Source of the DNA: an uncultured virus (IMG/VR IMGVR_UViG_3300036760_000988) | Taxonomy: Duplodnaviria; Heunggongvirae; Uroviricota; Caudoviricetes | Length of the DNA: 64,000 nucleotides | Strand: one strand, 5' to 3' | Virus record (IMG/VR): IMGVR_UViG_3300036760_000988 | Position numbers and translations under genes: made by a program | The notes under the pieces: model-generated | The model's database searches: none | The model's input: the letters and a program-made list of their open reading frames with translations, nothing else | Told to the model about the DNA's origin: nothing | In this document: positions 9,417 to 18,236 of the stretch, piece after piece | How positions within the stretch are numbered: position 1 is the stretch's first letter | How the letters are laid out: each line of letters starts with the position of its first letter

Positions 9417-10190
9417 GTGGCAACCGATACGACAACGCGTCCCTGGTGGGTGGCTGATGTGCTTGCGCTGCCCCCCACGCCCGTGCCCTCGGGCGCGGCC
9501 ACCGTTGGCGGCAACGTCCAGGCGAAGCCTGCGGACCTCGCGGCCCGTGCCGGCGTGTCCTTGGACGTGTACGCGCTCGGACGGAATGTCAGCTCGGAAA
9601 CCGGCTCCGCGACGCCCGAGCAGCAGATGGTGGTCGCGCTTGCCGCGATCAACCACGCCCGCAAGAAGGGCAAGAGCGTCTCGGCGATGCTACTCTCCGC
9701 CAAGCCGGGTTGGGCGGGGTTCTTTGGGCCCATCCACGATCCCGGCACCGGCGTCGCGGGGCACTCGATGGGCCGCTGGGCCGCGACCTCGAAGGATCCC
9801 AACCTCCGCAACCTGAAGGTGGCCGAGATCGCCCTCACGGGCGCGGCGGAGGACTTCTCGCCGGTCGATGATCAGTACGGCCCACAGTACAACCTCGCCG
9901 GGGCCATCGCGAACAAGGTGCGGGTCCAGGCCGCGAGCCACAGCTACTGGATCGGGCACCTCCCGAACGTGAACCCCCATCAGGTGATGGGCTTCGTCAC
10001 GCTCCCGAACGTCGCGGCCAGCTCGGCACAGGGGCAGGCGCTGCAAGCGGCGGCGATCCAGATGTTGCAGTCGCCCGGCGTGTATCCCAAGCCGACGGCG
10101 ATCGGTGGACGCCCGCTCGGCTTCTTGTTCGCGCTCCTCGGGTTGGGGGGCGCCTGGTGGTGGTTGCGGCGCGCAAGGCGCGGCAGATGA
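9417..10190 (+). CDS. SleB/Hydrolase_2-like cell-wall hydrolase with C-terminal membrane anchor
   Basis: YALGRNVSSETGS...VALAAINH resembles the SleB catalytic Glu motif; ends in FLFALLGLGGAWWWLRRARRGR. Confidence 0.55.
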   Translation: MATDTTTRPWWVADVLALPPTPVPSGAATVGGNVQAKPADLAARAGVSLDVYALGRNVSSETGSATPEQQMVVALAAINHARKKGKSVSAMLLSAKPGWAGFFGPIHDPGTGVAGHSMGRWAATSKDPNLRNLKVAEIALTGAAEDFSPVDDQYGPQYNLAGAIANKVRVQAASHSYWIGHLPNVNPHQVMGFVTLPNVAASSAQGQALQAAAIQMLQSPGVYPKPTAIGGRPLGFLFALLGLGGAWWWLRRARRGR

Positions 10191-11191
10191 GCCGCGGCAT
10201 CGGGGGCTTCCCGCGGGCCCGCCCTAGCGGACCCCCTTGTCCCAAGTGTGGGACCCCGATACTCCCGGATGCCGCGGGACGCTGCCCGCAGTGCGAGATC
10301 GACGCCGAGTGGCAGACGCCCGAGGGGCGTGCGGAGCTGCAGCGCGGGGACGCGAAGATGCGCGAAACGTGGGCACAGCCCGCGCCGGGACCGTTCCGCG
10401 TGCGTGAGAACCCGCAGTCGTACGATCAGCAGGCGATGTTCCAGCTCTATCGCGCGGGCCTCGGTGACCCCCAAGGCGCCGCCGCGGTGTTCTACGACTA
10501 CGTGGCCGAGCGCTTGGCCCTACCACAGTGGATGACCCCTGACGCGCTCTACGACGCGCTCCTCACGCGGGAGGGGGGTTATCGAGATGAGGCCCCGCGC
10601 GCGGCCAAGACCCTCACGCTCGGGGCGATCAAGAAGCACCTCGCCCATGCGGTCTCGAACGTCTACGACTTGGAGGAGTTGACCGAGGCGGCCGGACTAC
10701 ACACCCCGAACCAGTGGCAGGACCGCATGGACTCCTTCGAGCGCGGCACCTACTCCTACACGTACCAGGAGGCGCTCCGCGAGGGTGAGTCCGAGGAGCG
10801 GGCCACGGAGCTGGCGGAGACCGCCGAGGAGAAGGAGCGCGACGAGGAATTCTATCGCTACCACGGCGCCGTCATGTACGTGCTCGACACCGCCGCCGAA
10901 GGCAACCACCTCGAATTGATCCCGACCTCGCCCGAAGAAGCTTACCCCTTTGAGTTCTTCGTGCGCCCTCGTGGGGACTTCGGCTGGGAGCACGTCGCGA
11001 TTGTAGTCATGAACACGATCGAAGGCGAGGGCTACTTCGGGTATCAGGGGGATCTCAACGCTTTCCTCGACAGCGGCCCGTACACGGCGCGGCAAGCGGT
11101 CCTCGTGCACCTGCACGTGGTCTTTGCGACGTGGTGGAACGTGTGGCAGAGCACCTCCGCCTCGCAGGTCTTCGATCGGCAGCTCCGATGA
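10187..11191 (+). CDS. hypothetical protein (zinc ribbon, RENP motif)
   Basis: ATGA-coupled ORF; CPKC...CPQC. Confidence 0.7.
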   Translation: MSRGIGGFPRARPSGPPCPKCGTPILPDAAGRCPQCEIDAEWQTPEGRAELQRGDAKMRETWAQPAPGPFRVRENPQSYDQQAMFQLYRAGLGDPQGAAAVFYDYVAERLALPQWMTPDALYDALLTREGGYRDEAPRAAKTLTLGAIKKHLAHAVSNVYDLEELTEAAGLHTPNQWQDRMDSFERGTYSYTYQEALREGESEERATELAETAEEKERDEEFYRYHGAVMYVLDTAAEGNHLELIPTSPEEAYPFEFFVRPRGDFGWEHVAIVVMNTIEGEGYFGYQGDLNAFLDSGPYTARQAVLVHLHVVFATWWNVWQSTSASQVFDRQLR

Positions 11192-11808
11192 AGCGCATCG
11201 TCATCCTCGGGGACAGCCACTCCGCGAGCCTCAACTCCCCCGGCGGCGTCATGCAGCGCGCCCTCGAAGCCCACGGCTTCACGGTGACCATGAATGCCAA
11301 GGGCGGGCGCTCGGCCGCGAGCTTCATGGCAGGGGAGGGGGGCGCCGCACAGCTCGCCACGCTCGCGGCCTCGTCGCCCGATCTCGTGTTGGTCTTCCTG
11401 GGGACGAACGACATCTTCCGGGACGCCGGCAAGACCAAGATCGCCATGACGCAGATCCGGGATGCCTTCTCGGGGACAGGTGGAACCAAAGTGTGGGCGA
11501 TCGGCCCGCCGTACTGGCCCGCGGGGTTCCACGCCGCCTCCGCCGTGCCCCCGCTCAACACCGGCGCGGCCTCGATCGTCGCGCTGGAGGGGAGCGTCTT
11601 CACGCGCGTCATCGACTCGCGCCCCTTGACCAAGGACATCGGCGCGGAGGGCCGCAGCGGCACGGGCGTGCACTTCAACAGCGCGGGGGCCAAGGTCTGG
11701 GGGACCCGGCTCGCGAACACGGTCTTGTCCGCCGCCAGCGGGCTCGGCGGGGGCTGGGTGTTCTTGATCGGCCTAGGGGCGATCATGATCTGGAAGCGAC
11801 GGCGCTGA
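11188..11808 (+). CDS. SGNH/GDSL hydrolase with C-terminal membrane anchor
   Basis: IVILGDS, GG, FLGTND and GVHF blocks; TM segment plus KRRR tail. Confidence 0.8.
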   Translation: MKRIVILGDSHSASLNSPGGVMQRALEAHGFTVTMNAKGGRSAASFMAGEGGAAQLATLAASSPDLVLVFLGTNDIFRDAGKTKIAMTQIRDAFSGTGGTKVWAIGPPYWPAGFHAASAVPPLNTGAASIVALEGSVFTRVIDSRPLTKDIGAEGRSGTGVHFNSAGAKVWGTRLANTVLSAASGLGGGWVFLIGLGAIMIWKRRR

Positions 11809-12012
11809 TCTAGTAATCTGAGCGTATGAAGCAGAGCCGGATTGTTGCGGAAGCGACCATCCCCGCGCCGGGTCGGCTACCCGGTAACCTTCCTATTCCA
11901 CCGTGTCACGGGTGCGCTTGCAACCAACCTGCGACCGATCGCGGCGTCTTCGGTTGGCTCTGTGATGAAGCCTGGGCGAGCGTCTGTCGCATCCTACGAC
12001 GCACGCGCTGAG

Positions 12013-12291
12013 CTACGGGAGTGGGGGGGCCTGCGTGTCGAGGAAGCGCAATGCGAGGTAACAGAGTCCGGCTGCCGCGAGGATCTCGTAGATCTCTGGT
12101 CCCGCCCCAGTGTTTCTGATCCAGCGGTAGCCGTCGATCGCGCTGCCCCACGCGAGCGCAGTCCAGACGCTCATGCAGACGTGGCAGGCCCAGGGCTTGC
12201 GCCCCGCAAGCGTCCACCGCGCCACCGGGGGCAAGGTCCGCACCAGCTGCACGGTGATCAGGGCGCACAGTCCCAGGACGATGCTCAGCAT
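12013..12291 (-). CDS. membrane protein (DUF1360-like)
   Basis: Hydrophobic helices with CHVCMSVW. Confidence 0.5.
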   Translation of the reverse strand: MLSIVLGLCALITVQLVRTLPPVARWTLAGRKPWACHVCMSVWTALAWGSAIDGYRWIRNTGAGPEIYEILAAAGLCYLALRFLDTQAPPLP

Positions 12292-12475
12292 GGACACGCG
12301 GTGAAAAACTCGAACGCAAACCGTTCCGGGGAGAGCTTGCGCACGATCACCCAGACGTTGGCCGCGCCCGCGAAGTAGGTCTCCACCCCCGGCAGCGCAT
12401 ACTGGGGCTGGCACACCGCGCCGAGCGCCTGCAGGCGGGCGACGGTGGCAGCGCGATCGTGCTGCTCGCGGTGGC

Positions 12476-13132
12476 CTACGGCTGAACCCACAGGCCCCCC
12501 AAATACCCCGCGCCGAGGTACCACGGGGTCGCAAACAACCGACGATTCTTCGCCCCGGCCTGACTCTGCACCGGCGCGAGCACCACGCCGTTCTTGGTCA
12601 GCGCCAGTTGGTCCGGCGACTCGGGCAGCAGCACCGAGACATGTCCAACGCCCCCGAGCTTCTTGGCGCACGCGCAGCCGGTGCCTCCCGCGTTGATCAT
12701 CGTCTGGGCCTTGCCGGCGTCGTCGATCCGCCGGAACCCATAGGTCGGCCCCCACTTCACGAGCCAGTCGTAGAGCATGTTGGCCGAGTACTCCGTGACC
12801 GTCTTCTCGTACATGACCGGCTGGGGCTTGCCGGCCGCCCAGCTGGCGAGCGCGCCCGGCGTCCAGAAGACGTGCATGCCGTAGCCCCCGAGCAGGCGGA
12901 TCAGGTCCGCGAAGTAGATGTTGCACCACGTCGAGGACGGCGTGCGCTGGTACCGCGCGCTGGTCTCCACCTTGAGATAATCCAACGCGCGGAACGCCTG
13001 CGCCACGCGCTCGGCGTGGTCGATGGCCGTGCGAAACGGCAGGTCGGCCGCGTTCAACGCGAAGGCCCGTGCCGTGGTCATGTCGATGGTGACGGGCGCC
13101 TTGCGGGTGAGATAGACCGGGGGCGGGATCAT
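12476..13132 (-). CDS. putative CHAP/NlpC-P60-like amidase (endolysin)
   Basis: TWCNIY (Cys), ANMLYDWL, GHVSVL (His) and QAG motifs. Confidence 0.6.
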   Translation of the reverse strand: MIPPPVYLTRKAPVTIDMTTARAFALNAADLPFRTAIDHAERVAQAFRALDYLKVETSARYQRTPSSTWCNIYFADLIRLLGGYGMHVFWTPGALASWAAGKPQPVMYEKTVTEYSANMLYDWLVKWGPTYGFRRIDDAGKAQTMINAGGTGCACAKKLGGVGHVSVLLPESPDQLALTKNGVVLAPVQSQAGAKNRRLFATPWYLGAGYLGGLWVQP

Positions 13133-13410
13133 CGCGTGCTCCCCGCCCGCACCGCGGCACGGTCACGATCCTCCTCCAGCTCCAGCGCCGCCTCCACCGC
13201 ATCGAGCAGCTTGCGGAGCGCGCCGAGGTGCTGCTTCTGCAACCACGGCGTGGACTGGATCTCCCCGTTCTTGTCGAACTCCTTCTTGAGCTGGAAGGTG
13301 AGCTGGCGACGCCCGTTTGGCTGCGCCCGTGCGGTGATCACGGCGATCACGCCCTCGGGCGTCTTCAGGGTGGTCACCGGCCAGAAGCCACGATCTTGCT
13401 TATCGCTCAT
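13129..13410 (-). CDS. hypothetical protein
   Basis: GAGGG RBS; coupled to the amidase gene. Confidence 0.6.
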   Translation of the reverse strand: MSDKQDRGFWPVTTLKTPEGVIAVITARAQPNGRRQLTFQLKKEFDKNGEIQSTPWLQKQHLGALRKLLDAVEAALELEEDRDRAAVRAGSTR

Positions 13411-13422
13411 ATTTTGCGTCCC

Positions 13423-13656
13423 TCAATCTGTTGGCGGCCCGACGGCCCGGATCCCGTTGCGCGTCACCTTGAAGTAGTCCCAGCCTCCACTGCCCGGGTT
13501 CTGTGCCAGGCGTGCCTTCACCCAGAACACCTCGTCCGTGGGCGGGCCGTACTCGGCGACGAATCTGGTCATCGCCCCGCGCACGGACTGCGCCTGCACC
13601 GTCCGCATGGTGCCGTCGGATTCGGAGCGCACGAGGTACGCCTGCATCGCCGCCAT
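13423..13656 (-). CDS. hypothetical protein (probably leaderless)
   Basis: TTGCGA-17-TAGTGT-6-ATG. Confidence 0.55.
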   Translation of the reverse strand: MAAMQAYLVRSESDGTMRTVQAQSVRGAMTRFVAEYGPPTDEVFWVKARLAQNPGSGGWDYFKVTRNGIRAVGPPTD

Positions 13657-13712
13657 GTACCGACACTAAAGGCCGGACTTGCGCGTCGCAAGGAAATTAT
13701 GTACAGTGCCCT

Positions 13713-13800
13713 TCGTCAGGCTCGCTCAAAGCGTCGTCCTCCAAACTACGTCCGGTCGAGCCTTGGAAGCCCCTGAGACCACCTCGGGGGCTTCCACTTT
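13713..13800 (+). ncRNA. candidate small RNA
   Basis: TTGCGC-17-TACAGT promoter (13679-13707), a structured body with UCCUCC and a terminator hairpin at 13764-13796 followed by CTTT; lies in a non-coding gap. Confidence 0.4.
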
Positions 13801-13920
13801 GAACCCTCCGCGCAGCCCCGGCCGATGGAGCCCTACACGCTGTAGTACCGCCGGCTTCGGTCGGCACCATCTACGGAATGGACCCATGCCCCCAGCACTC
13901 GGGGTTGCGCGGAGGGGTCA

Positions 13921-13961
13921 AAAACTTTTTGTTGACAGGAACGCTGGCGGGGCCTTACGAC
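13921..13961 (+). promoter_or_regulatory. putative promoter
   Basis: AAAACTTTTTGTTGACA-18-TACGAC; the same 17-mer occurs on the minus strand at 22986-23002. Confidence 0.55.
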
Positions 13962-13967
13962 TAGAGC

Positions 13968-14210
13968 ATGCCCGTGGCGGTCACAGAAGCGCACCTCTCG
14001 GTCTTTGGCCGTTACCTGAAGGCCCGTGGCCTCCTGCACGCCGAGGTCGCCCAGGCATTGGGCACGACCAAGACCTACGTGTACATGCTCGCGACCACCA
14101 CCACCCCCTCGCTCGCGCTCGCCGCGCGCATCGAGAAGTGGTCACGCTCGAAGAAGGGCAAGCCGGCGGTGCCCATGCAGAGCTGGATCACCGACTGGGG
14201 CGCGCTGTGA
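13968..14210 (+). CDS. Cro/XRE-type HTH regulator
   Basis: HAEVAQALGTTKTYVYML...PSLALAARIE. Confidence 0.8.
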   Translation: MPVAVTEAHLSVFGRYLKARGLLHAEVAQALGTTKTYVYMLATTTTPSLALAARIEKWSRSKKGKPAVPMQSWITDWGAL

Positions 14211-14324
14211 GCACCGCGGTCGCGGCCTTCCACGCGCACCTCGACGCGTGCCGGCAGTGTCGCGAGCACCCCTTCGCGCTGTGTCTCGTCGGAGCGAAGC
14301 TGCTGATCGACCTGGGAAAAGGAC

Positions 14325-14855
14325 TTGATCCTCGCCGCAATTGATCCCGGCCTGCGCGCCTGCGGCCTCGCGGTGTTCAAAGACGCGGTGCTGATCGAGG
14401 CGCAGCTCGTGCCGGGCAGCGTTGACGCGCTGGACCACCATGCCTGGCGCGCGATGGGGCTGAGCATGGCTCGCGCGCTCACCTACCACGCCGCGACCCC
14501 AGGTGAAGAACGCCGGCTGGTGATCGAATTCCCTCAGATCTACGAGGCACGCGCGCACTCCAAGGGCCCCGCCGAGGATCTATTGCAAGTGGCCAGCGTG
14601 GTCGCCGCCATCACGACCAACACCACCTGGACGTGTCGGCTCTTTCGACCGGCGCAGTGGAAGGGTCAGAAACCGAAGCCTCCGATGGAGGCGCTCACCC
14701 GCACACGAATCACGCCCTTCGAGCTGTCGAAGATCCAGCTGCCGGCGAAGTCCCTCGCGCACAACGTCTGGGATGCGGTCGCCATGGGCCTGTGGTATCT
14801 AGATCGCGAAGGCTTGCGCGCCGCAACTTTTCCGCAGTTCACTCCCCCCACATAG
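14325..14855 (+). CDS. RuvC-like Holliday junction resolvase
   Basis: AIDPG, VIEFPQ, W.G.K and HNVWDAVAMG acidic catalytic set. Confidence 0.75.
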   Translation: MILAAIDPGLRACGLAVFKDAVLIEAQLVPGSVDALDHHAWRAMGLSMARALTYHAATPGEERRLVIEFPQIYEARAHSKGPAEDLLQVASVVAAITTNTTWTCRLFRPAQWKGQKPKPPMEALTRTRITPFELSKIQLPAKSLAHNVWDAVAMGLWYLDREGLRAATFPQFTPPT

Positions 14856-14864
14856 GAGATTCCA

Positions 14865-15140
14865 ATGCCCGAGACCCCGAACCCCGCCGTGCCCTGGAAG
14901 AAGTCCCGCAAGACCACCATGACCCTCGCCAAGATCGAGATGGAGCTGTCGACCGTCGAGGAGGGCGAAGGGACTCCCCCCGTGGAGCGGGCCCCTTGCG
15001 GGCACGGTCGTGAGGCGCCGCCCATGTTGGAGATGCTGCGGCAGGGGATGGCCGTCATCATCGAGAAGCTGGAGGCGTTGAAGAACATGCGCGACGCTGA
15101 CGGCCCCCCGCCGGCCGCTTCCCCCTTCGAGGGCAGCTAA
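14865..15140 (+). CDS. hypothetical protein
   Basis: AGGAG RBS. Confidence 0.55.
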   Translation: MPETPNPAVPWKKSRKTTMTLAKIEMELSTVEEGEGTPPVERAPCGHGREAPPMLEMLRQGMAVIIEKLEALKNMRDADGPPPAASPFEGS

Positions 15141-15360
15141 GCGTCGTGATGACCCCCCAGCTGATCCGACAGCTCGCGCTGCAAGAGCAGAGCGCGCTCG
15201 CGCGCCGCGCACGACTGATCGCCGCGTCGTTCGCCAAGCCCTCGGAGCGCGTCGCCCAGACCTTCGTGCCGGTGTACCCCTGCCAGTGCGACGGTAAGCG
15301 CGATCCGCTCCTGTTGGTCTCGACCGCCTACCGCGCCCGCAAGGGCAAGCGGCACCACTC

Positions 15361-16260
15361 CTAAGCCGCGACCGACACCCCCTCCGGCAAATCCGCGATC
15401 CACTTCGTGTTACCCGCCGCGTCCTTCCAGGGCTTGGCCGGGAGCAGATTTCCCTTCGCGTCGACCACCTTCTTCGCGCCCTTGTACCAGCGTCGACAGA
15501 GCGTCGCGCTCGCACCCACAGGGATGTCGGGCAGCCACACCTGCATGCGAGCGATCATGATCCGCTGCAGCTCCTTCGCGGCGTTCGAGGCGATCTCCGG
15601 CCGGGCCCAATCGTTCGGGACCTCGGGGATGATCTCGTCGTGGAGGAAGATCACCGGGCGCGAGCCGTACAGCGGCGAAGTCCGGTCGAGGTAGCATGCC
15701 TTGGTAACGTGCCAGAGCGCGTCCTTCGCCCCATCCGCCGCAAGCCCCTGGAAAAACGAATTCGCGGCCTGGGTGTAACCCACGCCGCCGCGGTAGCGCC
15801 CCGAGTAGAGCTGCTTGATGATCCCCTCGGTACCGCGCCCCGTGACACCGCCGATGTAACGGAAGTACTTGACCATCTCCGGCCACTTGCGCTTCCACTC
15901 GGCGTGCAGCCGTTCCCCGAACTCGGTGGTGATCTTCAGCCCGTAGCCCTTGGCGTACTCGGCGAGCGTCGCGCCGACCATGCCGCCGGGGAACCCGAAG
16001 TTGGCAATTTTCGCGAACTGGCGCCACTCCTCGGCCGTCTTGTCCCCGGCGTTCAGACGCGTGACGAACTCGACGTAGGAGATGCCCATGAGGTCGGCGC
16101 CGAACGCTGAGTGGAGATCCTCGCCGCGGCGGATGGCGTCGGCCATCGCCGACTCCCCGAGGAGCACGAGACAGACCTGTGCGAGCGTGCGTAGCTCGAT
16201 GGTGTCGTAGTCGCTGAACGCGAAAAGAAAACCGTCGGTGAGTCGTCGGCGAATCAACAT
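15361..16260 (-). CDS. polA: DNA polymerase A, C-terminal part (motifs A, B, C)
   Basis: SDYDTIELR (A), RQFAKIANFGFPGG (B), NSFFQG and LHDEII (C); has its own GGAGG RBS and ATG. Confidence 0.9.
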   Translation of the reverse strand: MLIRRRLTDGFLFAFSDYDTIELRTLAQVCLVLLGESAMADAIRRGEDLHSAFGADLMGISYVEFVTRLNAGDKTAEEWRQFAKIANFGFPGGMVGATLAEYAKGYGLKITTEFGERLHAEWKRKWPEMVKYFRYIGGVTGRGTEGIIKQLYSGRYRGGVGYTQAANSFFQGLAADGAKDALWHVTKACYLDRTSPLYGSRPVIFLHDEIIPEVPNDWARPEIASNAAKELQRIMIARMQVWLPDIPVGASATLCRRWYKGAKKVVDAKGNLLPAKPWKDAAGNTKWIADLPEGVSVAA

Positions 16261-16820
16261 TGCGCCTCCAAATATTTGATCAACAAGCGTAGCCGAGCCG
16301 GACTATCCTTCAAAAAACCCAGTGCTGTATTACACGGTCGACACAACAGTCCTCGTACCCTACCCGTAGTATGATCATGATCTACGTGCGTGTGTCGATT
16401 GAAGCCTAGTTGCGCACCGCAACCGGAGCACCGACCGTCCTGGGCGTTGAACATTCGTGCCCAATCTTCGGCGTCCAATCCATACTGCCGCATGTCGTGA
16501 TTCAGTTGCGAATATCGTCCTGCAACGGTCTCCTTGCGCTTTTTGTGCCGCGCCTTCTGCGCCAACTTATTTTCGGGTCGTCGCGCGTACGCACGCTGTT
16601 TCACACGCCTACGCTCAACATTGATTGGTTTGCTGGCGTACTTCTCCTTAGCGATTTTGGCACGCGCTCTCCCACGAGGAGTCTTAGCCCACGCATTCAC
16701 CAGTTTTCGCACGCAAACCTTGCAGGTGTATGCCTTACCTAGTGGACGATTCTTGTCGTTGTGAAAAGCCAATAACGACTTTCTGGTCTTGCACTTGTGA
16801 CATCTTCTTAATCCATACAT
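16254..16820 (-). CDS. endonuclease VII-type homing endonuclease
   Basis: QDGRCSGC...HVDHDHTTGRVRGLLCRPCNTALG; lower GC. Confidence 0.9.
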   Translation of the reverse strand: MYGLRRCHKCKTRKSLLAFHNDKNRPLGKAYTCKVCVRKLVNAWAKTPRGRARAKIAKEKYASKPINVERRRVKQRAYARRPENKLAQKARHKKRKETVAGRYSQLNHDMRQYGLDAEDWARMFNAQDGRCSGCGAQLGFNRHTHVDHDHTTGRVRGLLCRPCNTALGFLKDSPARLRLLIKYLEAQC

Positions 16821-18103
16821 TCTTCACCGGGCTGCAGCACATAATCGTCAGGGACTTCCACGATCTCGTAGGTCGGCCCCCGTGGAATGAAGCACTCGCG
16901 AATGCCGCCCTTGCGGGGCGGGTTCTGGATGTTGGGATGATCCGAGCCGGTGCGCCCGGTCTCCTTCAGCGGATCGTAGTTCGGATTGATCGGCCACCGC
17001 GTGCCCGCGAGCACGATCGGCACGTAGGTGGAGAGCGTCTTCTCCACCCGCTTCGACTCGTCGGTGATGCCCAGCACCGAGCCGAACTCGTCGCACGTGC
17101 AATCCTCGTGCGTGCACCGCTCGTCGGGCGCCTCGCCCTCGTCCGCGCCGCCCACATGCTCGGCCGTGTCGTGCCCGCAGTACGCGCACGTCGGATCGTT
17201 GGCGTCGGCCAAGGTCTGTCGGTCCGTCGAAATCGCACCGGCCCCGGTGACTGGCACGGCCAGGCCCCGGGCCGTCATACACGCGGCGACCCGGGCCCGG
17301 AGCACGGCCATGTCCTTCGTGCCGTCGGAGCGCATCACCTTGTGCTGGAGGAGCACCTTGCGTGTGCGTTCGAGATCCTTGACGCAGAAGTCGCGCAGCT
17401 TCTCCGCGCGCTCTTTGTCCGTGCGCAGGCCCCAGCACGACATGAGGTGCAGCGCCCAGTGCGCCTGCACCTGGGGGATCTCGTTGGGCATCGTGCGATA
17501 GGGGTAGGGCTCGTCGGGGGCGTCAGGGTCGTCCTCGATCAGCTCATCTTGCGCGAGGAAGACCTTCAAGGTCTCCACGGCGTCGGCGAGCGCGTACGCC
17601 GCCGCCTCCGCCGGGTAGTCGACGATGGGCACGCCGTCCAATTCACTAAACCGTAAGCGATAGGTGCCCGCCTTGGGGAGCACGCGGCCGAAATGGCGCC
17701 ACACCAGCGTCGCGAGATCGTTCTTGGTCGGGCAGCGCAGTTCCTTCCGCTCGTCGTAGTAGAACTTGGCCTCGCCGTTGGCGATGTCGATCAACTTCTG
17801 TCGGATCTTCGTGCAGCGGATGCGCCCCGCCTCGTACGCGGCGAAGATGAAGGGCAAGAGGCCCGGGTCCTCGGCGGCGAACACGCCGAAGTCATAGACG
17901 CCGTTCTGCGTGAGGATCGTGCACTGTGGGTCGAGGAGGCAGTCGCGCACGAAGGCGAGCCCATCGCGCGCGTTGAGGAGATCACAAGCAATGGCCCCGG
18001 CGATCTCCTCCACCCGCGCCCAGGAGACACAGACCAGCTTGGGCGTGAGGAGCCCCGGTCGGATGAGGTACGTTTCGCAGTCGATCGCAATGCGCCGGCC
18101 CAT
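16808..18103 (-). CDS. polA: DNA polymerase A, N-terminal part (3'-5' exonuclease, thumb)
   Basis: AIDCET (ExoI), QNGVYD (ExoII), YALADA (ExoIII), TGRTGS..PNIQNPPR and IRECFIPR. Confidence 0.88.
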   Translation of the reverse strand: MGRRIAIDCETYLIRPGLLTPKLVCVSWARVEEIAGAIACDLLNARDGLAFVRDCLLDPQCTILTQNGVYDFGVFAAEDPGLLPFIFAAYEAGRIRCTKIRQKLIDIANGEAKFYYDERKELRCPTKNDLATLVWRHFGRVLPKAGTYRLRFSELDGVPIVDYPAEAAAYALADAVETLKVFLAQDELIEDDPDAPDEPYPYRTMPNEIPQVQAHWALHLMSCWGLRTDKERAEKLRDFCVKDLERTRKVLLQHKVMRSDGTKDMAVLRARVAACMTARGLAVPVTGAGAISTDRQTLADANDPTCAYCGHDTAEHVGGADEGEAPDERCTHEDCTCDEFGSVLGITDESKRVEKTLSTYVPIVLAGTRWPINPNYDPLKETGRTGSDHPNIQNPPRKGGIRECFIPRGPTYEIVEVPDDYVLQPGEECMD

Positions 18104-18236
18104 GCACCCCTCCAAAATTGCGAACCGCAACCCTCTGGCACCCGTCCGCTGAAAGAACCCGGCATCATTGCCGGAGGACTACCGCCGCTTGTCCGTAGCG
18201 ACTGCGGCCGGGTACCAGAGGGGTACGAACCTACAA

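Noticed and set aside
16254..16880. Group I intron or intein in polA
   Set aside because: The ORFs overlap with no non-coding space for a ribozyme core. There are no Cys/Ser...His-Asn intein ends, and the downstream half has its own RBS.
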